Assembly: GCA_000934665.2 (NCBI GenBank)
Contig: KZ538032.1
Span: 124,001-151,029 of the forward strand
Reading direction: 5' to 3'
DNA from: Catajapyx aquilonaris
Taxonomy: Eukaryota
Length of the DNA stretch: 27,029 nucleotides
Shown here one piece after another: positions 22,827 to 27,029 of the stretch. The notes under the pieces were generated by a model. That model was not told the DNA's origin. It saw nothing but the letters and a program-made list of their open reading frames with translations, and made no database searches. The position numbers were made by a program, and so were the translations under genes. Positions within the stretch are counted from its first letter, which is position 1; every line of letters begins with the position of its first letter.

Positions 22827-25800
22827 GTATAGACGTCATCCAGATTACCTATCTTGCTTACTAGAATCCTTTCTCGTGCGCTCATGAATCAGGTTGACTA
22901 TAAGTGATTGAAAGGTGAGGAGGAAATATGGGAAGGATTGCACTATAACGTTCTCTAACCTGTCTCTTACTTGGCGGGCCCTCCAAACAAACGATTATAC
23001 CGACTTGGCTAAAGATTGCTACATTCGATTGACAGTTGAATGTTGGTGAAAAATTCAAGTCAAACTCCATTTACAAATACCCTGCGTATAACAACTTTTA
23101 ATAAGCATGTCTTCAATTATGTAGACCTATATTCTCACAGTAAATTGGCTAGCCCTAATTTTTTTGCCTTAATTTCCAACAATTGACACGTGCTTTCAAG
23201 AGTCTCGCAATCTCAAGAAATTAATACCAATGTTGTTTAAAAATTAATTTGAATAACATTTTAATTACATAGAATTTTTAAACATACAGTATGCATTATC
23301 ACGAAAAGTATTTTCCTCCCAGAGTGTCCCAAGTTTTTGACATATCTGCATCTATATGGTAGAGAGTATTGATTGCAATTTCTGTCTGCCGCTTCCATAT
23401 AGATGAAGTTGGAGTCATGGATTTCCACGTGAATCATTGTTCTTTCCAGCGTCAACCGGCAAGCTTCATATTTGCCATTATGCCTTACTGGAAAGTCCAA
23501 CTGGCTGTGAAGCTTTTCACTGGATTCATTTGTTGAAGTGAGAGATTGGTATTAATGTTAAACCTTAACCACATTAAATGTACCTCTATATCAGTACAAG
23601 TACAGCCAAATGATACTATATGAGTACAGGTAATGCATTTGTTTGGATTTATCATTTATTATTACAGTATTATTTTGTACCTAAATATGGGTAATCGATA
23701 TGGGGGCACTCTGTTTTTTGTTGACCGATATAAACGATGTATGACATATACCTTATTCCTTCGGAACGGGAATTTAGAGAGTCCTTTGCAATAATTCATC
23801 TGCCTGGAAACTTTAATATGTCTGTAGAACAAATCACACCTGAGGAAACTAACGCCATGCAGATGACACGGAAGAAATTACAACGAGTTTCGCACAGGAA
23901 CATAGATTATATATCAGAAATGTCAAACCCTCACTTATATCGCATTAATCTACATGTGGTTGATGATGTTGTGATTATAAAATAAAATGCTCTCCATAAA
24001 GTGGTATATAAAACAATTAACTTTTACAGCCGGCGTTGGCTGAGCAGCATTTTGAAAGAACCGTTGAAATGATCAAAATTCTAGTGGTGTCATCGTTGAC
24101 CTGCGCAGCTGGAAGAACAACCTTATGCAAAAGCAGCAGGGCCAAGATATTATTTTGCTTAGCATTCATATCATGAGAGTCTCATTTAAATTTGTTATAT
24201 TTAAAGGCTGTAAATCGTCGATTTATAAAATGCACTACTTTCATGTATAAAGGAGATATGAGAGCCATACTGTACGTAAACTAAACATTAATAATATTAT
24301 CGAATATTATAATAAATTAGAAAGCCATATATGGGTATAAGATGTAAATGCAGAGTGTTTCATAATAATTCAGACAGATTTCGGCAATTAATTCCTGGGC
24401 ACAAGAGGATCACTTTTGTAGAGGTGTAATTTGGTCTGTGTAACCTTCCTGAGGTAGTTAGCATTAATCAAAGAGTGCATCATACCATTGCCTATGTTGT
24501 GGACGCAGCAACTTACATAGCATAAACCATTTCCTGATAGAGAGAACAATAATTTATATAAAACATCATTGTTACGGCTATTTATAGGGTGTACTTTGTT
24601 AGCCTACAACAAGTCAAAAGTGTATAGGGGTTAAAATGTCATGGGGCCGACTGCGATGATAACGATGTGACCAAACACATCTGCCTGATCATAGAGTTAC
24701 GTTTATACTTCGGAATTGCTTGAAGATGCTACGGGGTCATTTAACAGAACCGAGTAAACTGGAACAGGTATATCCTACAATCACTTCCAACACCCCCAAT
24801 CCAGAGCCACAAATTGACCTCAAAATGGAGAAATTATGTATAGGCAACAAACACTGAAAGTCTCGCCATTACCAACATGCAATTCAGTAATACATTTCAT
24901 GCCAATCATACTCTTATACCGCATGTTTCATCAGTTAGCTCGTACCTGTGTCGATGAAAATCTCGTGGATGCTAATTTCCACTCACCCCTGGCATGAGTT
25001 ACACAAAGCACATTTAATGGGCTTTTGAAAGGACATTCCATTCAAAACTTTAAAGTCAGATCACGGAGGCAAATGAAAGTTAGCTTCCATAAGATTTTAA
25101 CCAATTTGAGTTCACTTATGATACACATGGTACTGTACATGTGTCTCTATATCATAATAATATTGGCAATAGTGTCTCACCTATACGTGCATAAGATGTG
25201 TATGTAAGAAGTGTGACACACTATTGTTTTAACAAGCACATTTCTGTGCATATACTCCCCTTTCGATGGGAAGTTGAGAAAATCGACAGTTTTTCAATAG
25301 AAACCTAAGTTATCTTGGGTCTCATAAAGCAGCGAGAAGCCCCTTTTATGTTGCTAGACTCAATAATTAACCTGAAGTATCCCTTAAAGCAGTGATACTT
25401 AAATCTTCTTAACCCCGGCCCACTTAGGGAGGGGCAAAATATTCCTCCATCCACTCTGACCACTCTAGGCTGGTTGTATGATAGCAAATTATGGAAAATC
25501 TCTGATTATACACGGTGTTTCTTACTACTGCATTAGGTCCAACGCCCATCAGCGTACTTGGCCCAAAACGAGTAAAAAATGTATAGGGGGGGGTGGGGGA
25601 GAAATGTCGGGAGGTCAACCTTGTAACGAGGTATAGACGACCAGACACATTGGTCTGCCCCTTGAGACATGCGGCAACACACACGACGCCTCTTTACAGA
25701 GAGATCGCCTGACCCGCGAACTTACGTACAAGTATATACAATAGTTGTCGGAGCAGGTTATGAGCCCATTTATTGCATCAAAAATTTTAGATAACCAAGC

Positions 25801-27029
25801 AAAATGAAGTTCCCTGCCGATTTTTCTGTCTTATTTATATTACTAACATTCTTTGTATTTCTCACCCCTACATTTTGACTTGTTTTGGGCTATAAAGCGG
25901 GCAGCAGAATGTCCCATTATATAGTAAGAAACATCCTGTATTTTAAATTTAAAGGGCGGAGAGACGTATTTCTTCCAGGGCATTTGATACCTTGTGTTTG
26001 GAGCCAATTATCTCAGCATGTTGGTGTGATACAGTATATCCAGTACACAAAGTGGCCAACGTAGGTAGCACTTTGCATTTTTCTTGATGTAAACAATAAG
26101 CTCATTATTGCTTGTTTTTGAATGGCAACGAGCAGGGAAGACCTATATAGAGAAACAAAACCTTGCACAGGTCATATGACTACCGGCATCGCTTGAAGTC
26201 CACTAAGTTATAAGCTTTCTGTACGTGGGAGTCTAAAATTGCTGCAAATTTAGCACATTTACCTAACGCAAACTTCACGAAACACTGTACCCGTTGTTAC
26301 TGCAGTTCGTGCCAAACCAGGAAAATTCATCCTCAGAACCTGATGACCCTCAACCTGAAACCTCTCTTTAAAAATGGGAATAGCATGCTTAAAATACTGA
26401 ACATTAAAAGCAGCAATATTAGTACTGTCTGTGGGATTTTTTTTAACATTTAGGAACCTATCTCATTTACCTACATTATAATTTTGTTTCGTTTTACGCC
26501 TTTTCACTTTAAGCCGGATGTTGCCGGAAGCGATCCCCGGCGTAAAACGAGAAGTACCTGTACCTTCAAAGAAACGGGTACACTACTGGAAAATATAGTC
26601 TTGTAGAGTACCCACGCAAGCAACGCCAGTGTAGGCGCAGTGGTAGCGTGCATGAATTAACTCCCGCTATGCTTCCACCCAGCCCACAATGACTCTGCTG
26701 GCCGGATTACAATGCAGTTTTATCCTAGTAGTGTACAAAAGACACATCGATGTAATATTAGGATGGAAAATGAATGAACTGGACTTCATACGGGGGTTAT
26801 TACTGACCAACTTGTAGGTTCGCTTTATTCGTCTTCAGAAAGTCAACAATCTACTGAAAAGTGATATTTATGTGATTATGTATTCAAATGCCCCATCGCC
26901 CTCTAGTAATACCTAACAGTCCTTTTTGCAACATGGTGGTTCCATTTCAGATCAGCCAGTGAGTGAAAAAAGGTGTCAGGTCATAGTCATCGATTTTTTT
27001 GAAAAATATATATGTGAAACCCACATCGA

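Noticed and set aside
25409..25460. TTAACCC piggyBac-like start
   Set aside because: No matching GGGTTAA end in the correct position downstream.
26335..26370. CTGATGA...GAAA hammerhead-like core
   Set aside because: The intervening bases cannot form stem II, and stems I/III are absent. Other CTGAnGA hits checked (near 3878, 6455, 26835) also fail.
26625..26665. tRNA-like A box (taggcgcagtggtagcg)
   Set aside because: No B box or cloverleaf follows.
1..27029. CRISPR array, operon or prokaryotic defence system
   Set aside because: No regularly spaced direct repeats and no long ORFs; SINEs, MITEs and microsatellites indicate animal non-coding DNA.

Overview
AT-rich animal (probably marine invertebrate) intronic or intergenic DNA dominated by transposon debris. 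There is no intact protein-coding gene and no sign of prokaryotic organisation; most ORF-track entries are chance ORFs. The main feature is a 3853-bp Academ-like DNA transposon (14373-18225) with TAG...CTA termini, ~0.8-kb TIRs, an ATA target-site duplication (TSD) and a decayed transposase. It inserted into the middle of a tRNA-derived V-SINE and split it. The window also holds three more copies of that V-SINE, a second tRNA-headed SINE, MITEs resembling four superfamilies (PIF/Harbinger, Tc1/mariner, hAT, P or hAT fold-back), a possible non-autonomous Helitron, microsatellites, a perfect 85-bp palindrome and an interleaved A-B-A'-B' inverted repeat. One possible host exon (865-1050, minus) is weakly supported. 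I found no convincing novel multi-gene system. Family assignments come from termini, TSDs and recalled motifs, not database searches.
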